Assembly: GCF_006345805.1 (NCBI RefSeq)
Contig: NC_043000.1
Location: 102,610,001-102,674,000, forward strand
Direction of reading: 5' to 3'
DNA from: Octopus sinensis
Taxonomy: Eukaryota
Length of the DNA: 64,000 bases
Made by a program: the position numbers and the translations under genes
The notes under the pieces: generated by a model
The model's database searches: none
Told to the model about the DNA's origin: nothing
Seen by the model: only the letters and a program-made list of their open reading frames with translations
Shown: positions 1 through 13,121 of the stretch, one piece after another
How positions within the stretch are numbered: position 1 is the stretch's first letter
Layout of the letters: every line of letters begins with the position of its first letter

Positions 1-61
1 ATTAATAAATTATAACTATATTAAAATAGGAAGTTACTTTTTCAATCACCCTGTAGATATA

Positions 62-495
62 CAGGCGCAGGCGTAACTGTGTGGTTAGTTGCTTTCTTCC
101 TGACGACATGGTTTCAGGTTCAGTCCAACTGCGTGGAACCTTGGGCAAGTGTCTTCTACTATAACCTCGGGCAGATTCTGGCCTTGTGAGTAGATTTAGT
201 AGATGGAAAGTGAAAGAAGCTTGTCGTATGTGCATGTGTGTGTGTGTGAGCGAGTGTGAGTGTGTGTGAGTGTGCACGCGTGCGTTTTTATGTCATTGAT
301 TGTCCCTCATCACCGCTTGACAACGGGTGCTGGTTTGTTTATGCCACCGTAACTTAGCGGTCTGGCAAAAAGAGACCAACAGAATAAGTATCAGGCTTAA
401 AAAACAAGTACTGGGGTCGATTCATATGAGTAAAATTTCTTCAAAGTGGTGCCCCAACATGGCCACTGTCTAATGACTGAAACAGGTAAAAGATA
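62..495 (+). mobile_element. tRNA-derived SINE family A, near full length, diverged
   Basis: tRNA-like head (ggcgcaggcgtaactgtgtggtt ... ggttcagtcc), ccttgggcaagtgtcttctactata body, internal (TG)n, 3' tail ...atgactgaaacaggtaaaag. The same layout recurs more than 15 times in the window. Confidence 0.85.
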
Positions 496-526
496 TACAT
501 ACATACATACATACTCTTTACTCTTT

Positions 527-938
527 TACTCTTTTACTTGTTTCAGTCTTTTGACTGCGGCCATGCTGGAGCACCGCCTTTAGTCGAGCAAATCGACCCC
601 GGGACTTATTCTTTTGTAAGCCCAGTACTTATTCTATCGGTCTCTTTTGCCGAACCGCTAAGTAACGGGGACATAAACACACCAGCATCGGTTGTCAAGC
701 AATGCTAGGGGGACAAACACAGACACACAAACACACACACGCATATATATATATATATATACATATATATATGTATATATATATATACATATATACGACG
801 GGCTTCTTTCAGTTTCCGTCTACCAAATCCACTCACAAGGCTTTGGTCGGCCCGAGGCTATAGTAGAAGACACTTACCCAAGGTGCCACGCAGTGGGACT
901 GAACCCAGAACCATGTGGTTGGTAAACAAGCTACTTAC

Positions 939-945
<7 letters not shown>
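527..945 (-). mobile_element. SINE family A, full length, tail-to-tail with the copy at 62-495
   Basis: Reverse complement matches the intact plus copy at 43574-43996; (TTTTACTC)n tail at 515-540. Confidence 0.9.
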
Positions 946-973
<28 letters not shown>

Positions 974-1302
974 ACACACACACACAGGAATGAGGGAAAG
1001 AGGAAACGGGTTAGTTTGATAAAGACAAATGCGGAGAAGGGGATTGAGGGTTTATTCTCAATGTAGACTAGACGGCTCCGAAGTCTATACTTGACAGAAA
1101 TGACGGCTTTTCATTGCTGTTTAATATTGACGATAGTGGTCAATTATTTTATGGATAGCAGTGACATCTACGGCAAACTTCCCGTCTGCATCAAACACAA
1201 GTCAGCCAACAGCTACAGACTGGAAGTCTCTCTCTAGTTGGAAAGGTAAATTCTTTTATGAATGCAGTCAAGTTGATGATAAGTACTCGTGTGTGTGTGT
1301 GT

Positions 1303-1340
<38 letters not shown>

Positions 1341-1439
1341 TACGTGACATGTGATTGTAAATCTCAATAGGTGAATTTTTTGTGCTACCAGAACACCCCT
1401 AATTAAAAATATATCAATCGATGTATTCTAAAGTGGCAT

Positions 1440-1780
<341 letters not shown>

Positions 1781-1789
1781 TGTGTTTAT

Positions 1790-2173
1790 CTTTTACTTGT
1801 TTCAGTCATTAGATTAAGGTCATGCTGGAGACACTGCCCTGAAGGATTTTAGTCAAGTGAATTAACCCACATTTCCAGTACTTTATTTTAAAAGCCCGGT
1901 ACTTATTCTCTCGACCATTATTGTCGAACACCTTAAGTTACTGGGACGTAAACACACCAACACCAGTTATCAAACGATGTTGGGGAGGACAAACACAGAC
2001 ACAAAGATACACAAATATACATATACACATATATTCGACGGGCTTCTTTCAGTTTCCGTCTACGAAATCCATTCCAAGGCTGTAGCAAAAAACCCTTCCC
2101 CAGGATGCTACGCAATGGGACTGAACCTCGAATCATGTGGTTAATAAACAAGCTCCTTACCACACAGCCACGA

Positions 2174-2175
<2 letters not shown>
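1790..2175 (-). mobile_element. SINE family A
   Basis: ttttacttgtttcagtcatt ... acaagctccttaccacacagccacg, reverse complement of the family A layout. Confidence 0.85.
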
Positions 2176-2229
<54 letters not shown>

Positions 2230-2239
2230 ACACACATAC

Positions 2240-2458
2240 ACAAGAGTTAAGGAATGGAACTACATATGTTTCGTAGGGAGCAGAAGTGTTGACATGTACC
2301 TTCTTACGACAATATAATCTTCATTTAATCAAGATACCTTTGGCCTGAAGAGTAGCCTGCTTTATACACCTCGCTTGGATATTTACCACTTCCGAGGTTC
2401 CGCTCGCTATGAAACATATGTAGACTGGATCTTATCAACTCCATTCCTTAACTCTTGT
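2240..2458. repeat. foldback element: 19-bp perfect outer inverted repeat plus a 22-bp inner inverted repeat (2 mismatches); probable inverted partial PLE terminal repeat
   Basis: acaagagttaaggaatgga (2240-2258) vs tccattccttaactcttgt (2440-2458); ctacatatgtttcgtagggagc (2260-2281) vs gctcgctatgaaacatatgtag (2402-2423). Confidence 0.85.
2331..2433 (+). ncRNA. candidate type I hammerhead ribozyme with palindromic helix III
   Basis: CTGAAGA 2345-2351; stem II GTAGC/GCTAT (G.U closing pair); GAAA 2411-2414; ACATATGT palindrome; GUA site with predicted cut after 2422; interrupted helix I (aagat-cc/ggatctt). Confidence 0.6.
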
Positions 2459-2494
2459 ATTCTTATTCGCATACCTTGTTACCCTACCGTGAAA

Positions 2495-3064
2495 TCTATA
2501 TTCATAAATGTGTAATGGTGTCAGTCTGTGTGTGTGTTTGGGGTTACTTTAACTTCCCCCACACCGTCCAACCGATTTTAATGATTTTTGGCTCACAGGT
2601 AGATCACATGCCCTGAAGTTCAAATAAGCCTGCAATTTATCGAAAACTCGATAATGCTCAGCTGGCATCGATTTTTGTGAGCTCAATCGGCCGTTTGAAT
2701 GGCAATTCCCATAACGATGTTATTTTTCCTGCAGCTTTTGCATTTTTTGTCCGATTTTTTAATGAAAATCGATGAGTGAGTGAGGCTCATGGCAGTGAGT
2801 TGATGTCAGTATATGGCTGCACCACTGAACACGTCGTCGTCGGTTGCAAAAACTCCGCTTCGTCAACAAAACTTCGTCGCCTACTCTGGCCATTTTCCCT
2901 CTGCCTGCCACACATCTACTCATCCTTCAACAGCCTGCCGAACCAGATATAACATCTTAATGGTTTATAGTTGGTACGGGGAACGCAGAAGATTTCAATA
3001 AAAGGTCACAGGTGGGCTTAACTTCAATATGGAAAACATGAGCAATAGCTAGTTCAATAGCTAG
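2495..3064 (+). mobile_element. Helitron-like non-autonomous element
   Basis: a|TCtatattcataaa start followed by gtctgtgtgt and ccaaccgattttaatga; ends agCTAG|t. The 3' hairpin is not clear. Confidence 0.5.
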
Positions 3065-3210
3065 TATAAAACATTGTTTTTTTTTTCCAGCTTACTATAC
3101 TTCGATACGGAAACACTCCACAACCTTCCGCCTCAGTAAACAACTATTGTTCTTGAAAGTTGTCTTTTATATATTTTACTGTTTACTTGAAGCTAATCTA
3201 TATATATATA

Positions 3211-3266
<56 letters not shown>

Positions 3267-3354
3267 GAAATTTACAGAAAAACAAATGATGAAGACAGGT
3301 GTATAAACAACAAGCAAGTGTATTAGTTCAACGCCCGGGAAAGTGAGAAAGTTT

Positions 3355-3388
3355 TTTTACGTTTCGAGCCTACGCTCTTCAGCAGAAA
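3355..3388 (-). ncRNA. hammerhead-like motif with variant core (CUGCUGA)
   Basis: ttt CTGCTGA A GAGC-gtag-GCTC GAAAC GTA aaa; A6 is not conserved. Confidence 0.4.
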
Positions 3389-3948
3389 GGAACATGAGGA
3401 AATAAACAGAAAGAATAAAAAAAGCAACTTTGGGAGCTAGTGGTCAATCATAGTGGCTGACTGGACAGAGGTAGCTAGACAGGAGAGCTAGGAAGAAGGG
3501 GAGATAATAAAGTACTGGTGATCCCAAAACGAAGGTCCGCGTACGTGTGTATGTGACAGTGTGTAAGTGTGTGCGTGTGAATAGGGGCTGGTGACTTCGA
3601 CGTGTAGATGTCTGCGTATATGTGTGCGTCTATAATATGATGGTGTGTGGATGATGGTGTGGGTGCTGGGAAGTGGTCAGTGCTAGTGTAGTGTGATGTA
3701 GTGTGGTGGTGTGTGGTGTGGCATGATGTAGTGTGGTGATACGAAGGTGGGGTATGGGGATGTGTGGGTGGAGTGGGGTGGTGGGGTTGGGATGTGTAGG
3801 GGTGGGCTATGGATGGAGGGGTAACGATTAAGGGAGAAGGTGGGTAGGAGTGAAGAGAGGAATTAGTTGTCAGGGCAAAAGAGGAGAGGTGGGTGGCAAT
3901 GCAGAGAGGAAGTAGGTGTGAGATGAAGAGAGGAGAGGAGGGGAGTCA

Positions 3949-4327
3949 GATGAAGCGGGGAGGGGAATTGAGTCCATGTGGCGCAAAAGAATGAAGAGAG
4001 AAGATTAATTTTTGTTCACGGCGAAGGCGGGAGTCAGGATGGCCCCTGTGCAAAAGACAATCCAAACACAGACAAGTTTTGTAATGAATGACTGGTAGAG
4101 CGGAAATGGCGTGAGACCAGGGTGTCGTTGACGAGTCTAATGTTTCGGAGGTGCTCCGTGAACCGGTCAACCAAACGGTGTCCTGTTTGACCGATGTGCA
4201 GAGAAGGACAGAAAGAGCAGGAGATGCAGTAAATGACGTTGCTAAAAGTGCGTGTAAAGGAGTCAGTAATGGGTACCTGTGAGGATGGTGGTGTCGGAAA
4301 GGTAGGGGCAAGTGCGGCAGCGTGGGC
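3949..4327 (-). pseudogene. frameshifted PLE GIY-YIG endonuclease domain
   Basis: Manual translation across frames: RPRCRTCP / FSNVIYCISCSFCPSLHIGQTGHRLVDRFTEHLRNI...VSRHFRSTSHSLQNLSVFGL / RLRREQKLIFSLHSFAPHGLN. Confidence 0.85.
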
Positions 4328-4472
4328 GGATGCATGTATGCGCGCGTGTGTGTTTGTGTCAATATCGGTGTGTATGTATATGGCCAGACTTGAACAATCA
4401 ACCTGAGTGAACGAAGCATATTAGCTACTTCATTGCGCTGTGGTTTCTAAAACAAGTACTGGTAATATAATC

Positions 4473-5040
4473 ACAGGCGTGGCTGTATGGTCAAACGGTT
4501 CACATAGTAATCGTTTGCTTCGAGGTTCGGTTCCATTTCGAAGCACCTCGGACAAGTGTCTTCTACTACAGCCACGAGCTGAGCGAAATTTAGTAAGCAG
4601 AGACAATATGAAAAGACATAGATAGCTTTATAAACTATTGATAAATTTCTCACTAACTGCTTTATCTTTTACTCGCTTCAGTCATTAGATTGCGGCCATA
4701 CTGAAGCATCGCCTTCAAATGAATCGACCTCAGTATATAGGCTTGGAAACAGGGAATGCAACGCACCCCCAACAATTTTGAAGGTGCAGTGAAAACGCTG
4801 GGTTCCTGGACCTGGACTTGCACTTCCAAAGCAAACTTCGTTCCCGCACTCATGCCCAAGTACTTATTTTTTAAAACCTGATACTTAGTCTATCGGTCAC
4901 TTTTGCCGAACCGCGATATTATGGGGACGTAAACACCAACACTGATTGTCAATTAGATGGCGGCCATACTGGGCACCCCCTTAAATGGTTTTTAATCGAG
5001 CAAATCAACTCCCGGTACTTATTTTTAAGCCTGGTCTTTA
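4473..5040. mobile_element. fragments of SINE family A in both orientations
   Basis: Plus-strand head 4473-4590; minus-strand 3' parts 4660-5040. Confidence 0.7.
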
Positions 5041-5127
5041 CTTGATTATATGTGGTGTGCACTTGGTCTTCAAATCCCGTACGTGCTTAACCAGCTTTGT
5101 GGCTTTGCTTTTGTCGGATCTAGTTCG

Positions 5128-7400
5128 TTTCATTCGCAGAAATGAGTCCCCTTTAATTTTGCTCAGATTGCTTTCAATTTTGGTGTATCGAGACAACTCT
5201 GAATTTTGATTACGATCAACCAATTACTTTATCTCGTAAATTAAAGAATCCGATGTTATTTGAAATTAAAGTTGGAAAATTTCGGTAATTTTAGCCAAGC
5301 AAAAGATAGCGTGGCATGAGGAGCTTGTTACAATGACAATTGCATGCTGTGTTGTGTTTCACTTCCCTCGTGTCTGTGTCGCACATTGTCCTGTGTTGAT
5401 TCTTCATACCACAAGATTCTTTTCGCTCGCGTGTATTGTTTTAATTTTTCTGTGCTAGTATAGCACATATTTTTCTGTGCTTCTGTATGTTAGTCCTTTT
5501 ACATATTGTTCATTTCATATATTTTGGGGACAAATTTTTTGTTGACCAGCGTTATTGTTATCGTAGTTTAAAAATCCAAGCATGAAAACGTTACTCAACT
5601 TTAGAGTTTTGGAGACCAACGTCTCCCCACCACATGCACTTATTTAATGATGTACACAAATACATGACAGGTATACATAATACTGAAATACTCATAAGGT
5701 AAACATGCAGAAAAATATATTAATATAACAAATTCAAAACAAATAATAAAAACATACAATCAATGAAGAAACAAAAGAAGCAGTAAGATGATACATGTTG
5801 ATTCTAATAAGTATTTCTGTTTATTTAGAAACCTACAAGGAACAGGTCATTTCAAAGACGCTAAACTATAAATTTCACAGGGTACAACATAAAAGTTGAT
5901 ACAGCTCCGCTAAACGCAGAAAATTTCTCTTTCGCTATTGGCTAAAAATACACAGTTTTGATCTAGCCTTTCTCATTCGCAAAATGAGCTCCTCTTAATT
6001 TTGTTCAGATTGCATCCAATTTTGGTGTATCAATGCAACTCTGAATTTTGATTACGATCTTGTGGTATGAAGAATCAACACTTTATCTCGTAAATTAAAG
6101 AATCTGATGTTATTTGGAATTAAAGTTGGAAAATTCGGGTAATTTTAGCCAATGAACAGACAGCGTGGCATTAGCAGCTTGTTACCATGATAACCGCACG
6201 CTGAGTTGTGGTTCATTGTTGTTTGTGTCGCTGTTGTCTATGTTGATTTCACCCACGTGTTTTGTTTTAATTTTTCTGTGTGTTAGTATATTACATATTT
6301 TTCTGTGCTTTTGTGTGTTAGTATTTTTACATATTTTTCATTTCATATATTTTGGGATTCATTGACTCAGATAGCTGGATTTATGATTTCATTAGGTTAA
6401 TTCTATTCATAAAAATTTAAATTAGGAGTAGGGATATCGTGGAACAGAGAAACTGTGGGTGATACAGATAATTTGACATTATTTTTGAATTTTACATGTA
6501 AAAACATATAAGATACAGGTATTCTTTTCCTTGGGACAAATTCTTTGCTGACCAGTGTTATTCTTATCGTAGTTTACAAATCTAAGCATGAAAACATTAC
6601 TCAACTTTGGAGTTTGGGAGATAGACGCATCCCTTTCACACATATACACACACACATGCACTTATATATTAATGATGTACATAAATACATGGCAGGTATG
6701 CATAAAACTGAAGTACGCATAAAGTAAACACATGCAAACAAATATATTAATATAACCAATTTAGAAAAATGATTAAAATATACAGTCAATGAAGAGACAA
6801 AAGAAACAGTAAGATGATACCTGTTGATTTTATTAGGTATTTCTGTTTATTTAGAAACCTACAATGAAATTAAGTATTTCTGCTTATATAGAAGCCTGCA
6901 ACGAACTGGTCAGACGCTAAACTATAAATTCCACAGGATACAGCATTAAAGTTGACACCGCTCCACTAAACGCAGAAAAATTCTGTCTGGGTATTGGCTA
7001 AAAATACAGTTTTTTCGAATTATAAACCTCTGTAACTTTTTTCTCCACTTTTTTTCTCCACATCATACCTTCAAAGCAATAAGACTGAAAGGCTACATTA
7101 TTATAGCCGATTTTCAAATTTTTTACTTCTTTTTAAAAAATGCATATTTTGCGAATGAAAATTCTAGATCCCACAGTTTTTTCGATTTTTAAACCTCTAT
7201 AACTTTTTCCAAATTTTTTCTCCACAATCTCATACCTTCGTAGCAATAAGACTGGAAAACTACATTATTAGAGCCAATTTTCAGATTTTTTACTTCCTTT
7301 TAAAAAAATAGTTCAGCGTCTGACCTGTTCATTGCAGATTTCTAAGTAAACAGAAATACCTAATTTTAAAAAATGCATATTTTGTGAATCAGTTTAACTA
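5128..7400. repeat. degenerate tandem duplication (units of ~840-1050 bp) followed by two ~160-200 bp units and an inverted segment
   Basis: cattcgca(g)aaatgag...ttttgattacgatc starts at ~5130 and ~5972; both units end gctaaaaatac(ac)agttttt; 7310-7365 is an inverted copy of 6868-6925. Confidence 0.8.
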
Positions 7401-7681
7401 GATCCCTTTTATCGATATACCGGTAAGAAAACTAGTGGTCTGCATAACAATCAACCTTTTCGTTTTTGTTTGTGGTTTCTCATGTAACAAGCGTCCGGTT
7501 TTTCAAAAAACCATGTGCCCAGGGCCTTAAGATTACTTGGAGATACAAGGCGCGTTATAAAATCCTGTCTAGCTACGTGTCTTAATGGCAAGAAACTATT
7601 AGTAACTCGTAAATACAGTGTACATTAAATAATACACACATAGACACACACACACATGTATACACACATACGCACACACGT

Positions 7682-7726
<45 letters not shown>

Positions 7727-8159
7727 TAAACAGACTATGTGTGTATTTAGCTTTTATTTTGTATTCATGCAATAAGAAAAATATATCACCGAAAACAGTT
7801 TAGAGGCCATCACGAAGTAAATACGTTCACATGAGAAGGAAGGGTGGTTGGCTGGCTGGCTGGTTGGGTGGCTGGTTATTATCCGCCATACATACTGGAC
7901 ACTTATAATGTTCCTTCCCCCCCCCTTCTTTCAATTTATTTTTTGTTTTTCTTTTTACTAAATTCTCTCTTTATCAATGAAGCAGGGGATCGGGACTCAA
8001 AAGGTCACTGGAGATTGGTTTTCACTAATGTTGCTGAGAGGGAGTGAAGGGGGGGAGGTAAAGTATAACAGTAATGGTCGCTTGAATTTGAAGTTGAGTG
8101 GCTCCTAAAGGGAATTTATAGAGCCTCCACTCACACCCTTAACCGAAAGTAAGTGCATG

Positions 8160-8605
8160 GCAGCTGAACAACAACAACAACAACAACAATAACAATAACA
8201 ATAAAAACGGCGATGAATACTACTACCCCTGCCACCACAATTGCTGTTGCTCCCACTACTACTACTACTACTATTACCACTAGCACCACCCACCACCATC
8301 ACCATCACTGTTACCAGAACTACCACCACCACCACCACCACACCATCACCACCAGAATCACCCCCACCACCACCACTACTACTACTACTAGCATCACCAC
8401 TACGAACTACCAACATCCCATCTCCACCCCCACCGCTACCACTGCCACCGTCGCCGTCACTGCTACTACTACGACTACTACATCACTACCACTATCACCA
8501 TCACCACCACTATCAATATTACTACTACAACTATCAGTACTACTGCTGCTGTTGCTACAACTACTACTCCTGCTACTACCACCACCACCACCACCACCAC
8601 AGTAA
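8160..8605. repeat. compound trinucleotide microsatellite (CAA, CTA, CAC)
   Basis: Directly visible; explains the poly-T/H/P/L ORFs. Confidence 0.95.
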
Positions 8606-9122
8606 ATGCTAAAGTGGGGTTAGAAGGTCATGTCATCCTGACTCGTGGTTTAATTATACCAGAATCGAGCCACCGAGGGAGCCTTTACATCCATAGTCAT
8701 TCAACCTGCTAGAGATGACAGGAAAATCACACTCCCCAACATTTTCACTACTGCCAAGAACCCCTTTTATTTAAGGAAATTTTCCCACGGACCCATTTCT
8801 TTTTTGGGGATGTGGTACTGGAGAGGAAGGTTTATCTACTTAATAAGCCGATTTTATTTACTAACAACAAACTCGTTTTATCTAGTTTCTGATCTCAGTT
8901 AAAAGATATACGTAAACTGAATAATGCTATATCGATGAGTAATTATTCATTTTACGCATTTACAACCTTATAAAATTTTGAACAGAGCTCATGGACAGCA
9001 AGGACGACCTTGGTAACATTAGCAGAACTGAGGGTACTGTAGATCTCAGGTTGGAAACCGTTACTGTAATACCTCAAAAAAGACGCGTCGCATAATACCA
9101 TCCTGTAAATATATATATTTAA

Positions 9123-9513
9123 AGGGAATAATTAATAATTTGGATCTTTTCTTTTTGAAAGCCAGATTTTCCTAGTTAACTAAACAATTTGAAACTTCGT
9201 ATACTGGTAGAATGTGTCAAAAGAAAACATAATTGTAAACCAAAATGAAAACGGAATTGTAATTTCTAAGTTTAACGTTGTTTAAAAATTCGAATTTTAA
9301 CCAATGGTATTCTTTCTTTCGGCCTCATATTATTTACTGCTTCTCGAAATATTGTTACTGTGACGTAAACAGCTATTTTGTGACGTAGTTAACGTAAACA
9401 TGTAAATAGCTAACTAAAATATAAACATCTCCGCTTATCATAAACTTCGTGGAGTATATATAAAATTTGTGTAGATCCAAAATAGCTACACACACATGTA
9501 TACAAACATATGC

Positions 9514-9545
<32 letters not shown>

Positions 9546-10055
9546 CACCTATACACACATATTCTAATGCATATGCATATATGTGTATATATTTATAATG
9601 TGTGTGTATTATAGATGCATACATTATATATATACATAAAAGATGTTTACATACAATATATATATGTTATATACATCTACATGTATATGTATGTATGAAT
9701 ATATAAGTACCACAGAATTTGGATCAAACTGTTTTGATCCATACATACACCCACACACACACTACTACCATCCATGAGACATCCTAACATAATCAATGCT
9801 ACTACTACTATCATCATCATTCATCATCATCCACTGCCGCCACCACCACCACCACCTCTAAAAAAAACACCAACACTATAATTGCTGCCATCATACACAT
9901 CCACTGTCACCACTACCACCACTGCCATGATAACCACATCTACCACAGCTGTTTGCTTACTGCTTACCCACTCACAAAATAGCTATCTACGTCACATTAA
10001 CACTATGCAGCTAATAATTTCAAATGAAAACAGACAATATGATTGGTTAAGGATA
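9123..10055 (+). mobile_element. non-autonomous element with inverted arms and an internal CAC/CAT-rich core
   Basis: 9290-9390 recurs inverted (about 70% identical) at 9972-10050; starts ttaa|aggg; a second copy lies inverted at 16300-17405. Confidence 0.6.
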
Positions 10056-10914
10056 GAATAAGTACTGGGCTTACAAAAAGAATAAGTCCCGGGGTCGAGT
10101 TGCTCGATTAAAGGCAATGCCCCCGCATGGCCGCGGTCAAGAGTAACATTAAAAGTAAAATATGTTTTATATGACACATTAGGGTTAGGGTTAGTGTCCG
10201 AAGGTTGAAAGTGTTTAGTTACAAAAAATATATTTCTCGATCTGCCGTTGAAAGGGTAAAGATCCCTTATATTATTTATTTAAACCCTTTACAAACTAGA
10301 AGGGTTATGGGTCAAGAGGAAAATACATCAATCAAATGTTGGGAAGGCCATCGGTTGAATAAAACAACATTGTTCCTCAACAGAACAATAAGGCTCTATA
10401 GTTAGGGGGAAATTTACCCATTCAGTTTCAAAACTCAGGTGGAGCCAAAAGAGGTCTCTACACATACATACGTATACACACACACACATACATATATCCA
10501 GACAACTTCAGCTTTATATATATATATATATATATATACACCGCTTGGATCGCTTTCAATGCCACTACGTCCCGTCCGATTCGCTCCAAAATTTACAGAG
10601 ACATGTAGAAATAGGTGACAAAGCTCGTGGGCTACCTTAGAAATCCCTATCTTAAAAAGGTGTGGTTGCCAAGGGCCATCTTCCTCATTCACGGTATTTC
10701 CTCCAGTACCCTCTCACTCCCCTCCATTTATAACTTTGAGAATTCCACTACCGTTATTTAAAGTATCTGTCACTCTCGCTATTTCCTCTCTTTTTCACTC
10801 ACTCTGTTTCTTACCTTCCCATTACATCGGCGTTCTTTTACGTATCTGTCTGTCACCAACAACACACGAGCATGAGAACAAATATTATGAATCAGATATT
10901 CTTGCGTTCATTTA

Positions 10915-11090
10915 TATGTATGTGTGTGTTCTATATATAAATATGTATATATAATGTATGTGTGTGTGTGTGTTCTATATATAAATATGTATATATAATG
11001 TATGTGTGTGTGTGTGTGTTCTATATATAAATATGTATATATAATGTATGTGTGTGTGTGTTCTATATATAAATATGTATATATAATGTA
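10915..11090. repeat. ~40-44 bp minisatellite, 4-5 units
   Basis: tatgtatgtgtg(tg)nttctatatataaatatgtatatataa repeated. Confidence 0.9.
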
Positions 11091-11729
11091 TATATATACA
11101 AAGTGTATATATCTGTATTTATGTATATTAAACTTTTTCATACTTTTTCATAGTTATATATATTTTTAAACAAATTATAAATATAATTTAATAATTTTTA
11201 TTTTCAATTTAATTTAAATTTTTCAATTTTATATTTTCTATATTTTCTATATTATATTTTTTTTAATGATTTTGTTTTTTCACTGTTTGATTTGCCTAAA
11301 AATTCCATTTTTCACTTTTATGATTATACCCAGAGTGCTCTAATCGAATATGAACTGTCTTCCCATTGGCGGACGTTTGTCTTTTTTATTTTTGAAACGA
11401 ACACATTGCCTCTTTCGTTTTAAAACAATAAAACAATACTACCTAAATACATTGGTCCAACAAACAAAACATCACCCACTCTCATTCTTTTATGTATCTG
11501 AGAATGTGTGTCTGTCTGTCTGTGTGTTTCCCTAAAACTTGAGAACTACACAACCAATTTCATTAAAATTTTACACATGACTTACTTAGGGTATAAGGAG
11601 TGTGTTGAGCTGGGCTCTAGGCGCCATTGGGCTCACTGTCCACGGCTACGAGACCACAGCGAGCGCTATGGCTTTGGTCTTACCACTATGAAAACTTGGC
11701 TTGGCTTGGCTTGGCTTGGCTTATATAAA

Positions 11730-11947
11730 CCGAGCGAAAATGCATTAAAAATGCGGAAAAAATTATGGTAATTTTTTTTTAAATCGTAAACTCATCGTAG
11801 ACGTGCGCTAATACCCAGAAGGGCTCGATATGAATCACGACTATAAGATACCCGCTTTTGGTTAAACTGCACCGCAAAATGAGGGAGTAGTTAGGAATCT
11901 AAATCGTAGGAGACAGACACACAAACTTCACTTTTATATATAAAAGA
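11730..11947 (-). mobile_element. 5' part of a Helitron-like element (same family as 15826-16221)
   Basis: Near-identical to 16010-16221. Confidence 0.75.
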
Positions 11948-11983
11948 TATATATATATATATATACACACATACACACATATA

Positions 11984-12042
<59 letters not shown>

Positions 12043-12057
12043 ATATATATATATACA

Positions 12058-12132
<75 letters not shown>

Positions 12133-12432
12133 CATATATATATACAGTGTATATAATTTGAGGGAATATTATTCATAACTTACAGGGAAAAATTCAATTT
12201 AGAAATACTAATTCAAATTCACGAAATATAATATATATATATATATAACATTAGAAAAAAACACCTTTTATCAATTCAAAATGAACAATTAAATTACACC
12301 ATCTAGAAAATTACATATAATAGAATATTAAATATAAAATAATAATACCGATGATTAAGTAATGTGCAAAATAATAATAATAAATCGTTTATATCATGAA
12401 TGATAAAAGGTGTTTTTTTTCTAATTTATATA

Positions 12433-12463
<31 letters not shown>

Positions 12464-12850
12464 CAGTCTTTTCTGTTGCTTGACCATTAATACCTGCTAT
12501 ATCTCTCTCTCTTGCTGCCTTCGAAACACACTTCCACACATACATAGACGCACACACACATACATGAAAGCAATTTCTCACATTCAAACACTCTAGCACT
12601 CATTCTTAAAATAATTCAAATATAAACACCAGTCATACAGAATACATTCACACTCTTTGATTTTCCTGTACACCCCTTCTCCTAACCGGATTCTGACCTT
12701 GAACTATCTTAACGGACATTCTCGTCTGCTTTCACCCAGCGTGGCGTCAACGCATATAGATAGACAGTTTGTGCCATTTATTCCATGGGCTCCTCGTGAG
12801 CGTTTGTCGAAAAGCTTGCTGTGCATTTTGTTGAAGAATTAAGTTCCTGG

Positions 12851-12936
12851 ATTTTCCTGAAGAGAAGGCTGCAAAATGGACTCCTTATTCAATCCGAATT
12901 AGGGACTTTGCAGCCTTTGAAACATATGTAGAAAAT
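12851..12936 (+). ncRNA. candidate type I hammerhead ribozyme (31-nt loop II family, copy 1)
   Basis: attttc CTGAAGA GAAGGCTGCAAA [31 nt] TTTGCAGCCTTT GAAA CATATG T A gaaaat: 6-bp helix I, 12-bp stem II (G.U closing pair), ACATATGT palindrome, GUA cut after 12930, AATAAA just downstream. Confidence 0.8.
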
Positions 12937-13080
12937 AATAAAAAGGAATTTTGTTAAATCTTCGTTTCTTCCTACACTAAATATATATATATGAGGGCTT
13001 CGAATGTCCTGTCTGTGTTTGTTGTATCGTCTTCTAAGTTTTTATGCGTTCTTGTCTCAGTTTGTATTTTTCTACATATC

Positions 13081-13120
<40 letters not shown>

Positions 13121-13121
<1 letters not shown>

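Larger units (their letters stand above)
3262..4340 (-). mobile_element. Penelope-like element 3' fragment (GIY-YIG endonuclease, 3' UTR, terminal repeat)
   Basis: Endonuclease relic followed by a pyrimidine-rich UTR and a terminal repeat that recurs at 26675 and 39288, ending in (TA)n. Confidence 0.8.

Noticed and set aside
2240-2458. Initial call as a Tc1/mariner MITE
   Set aside because: No symmetric TA duplication, and the arms are halves of a hammerhead-bearing repeat.
8105-8612. His/Thr/Pro-rich ORFs that could suggest a low-complexity protein
   Set aside because: Pure trinucleotide microsatellite mosaic, open in several frames on both strands, no splice signals.
8990-9095. Short ORF MDSKDDLGNISRTEGTVDLRLETVTVIPQKRRVA
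   Set aside because: 34 codons, ambiguous splice sites, no recognisable homology.
10915-11090. Regularly repeated ~40-bp unit as a CRISPR-like array
   Set aside because: No unique spacers; eukaryotic microsatellite-derived minisatellite.
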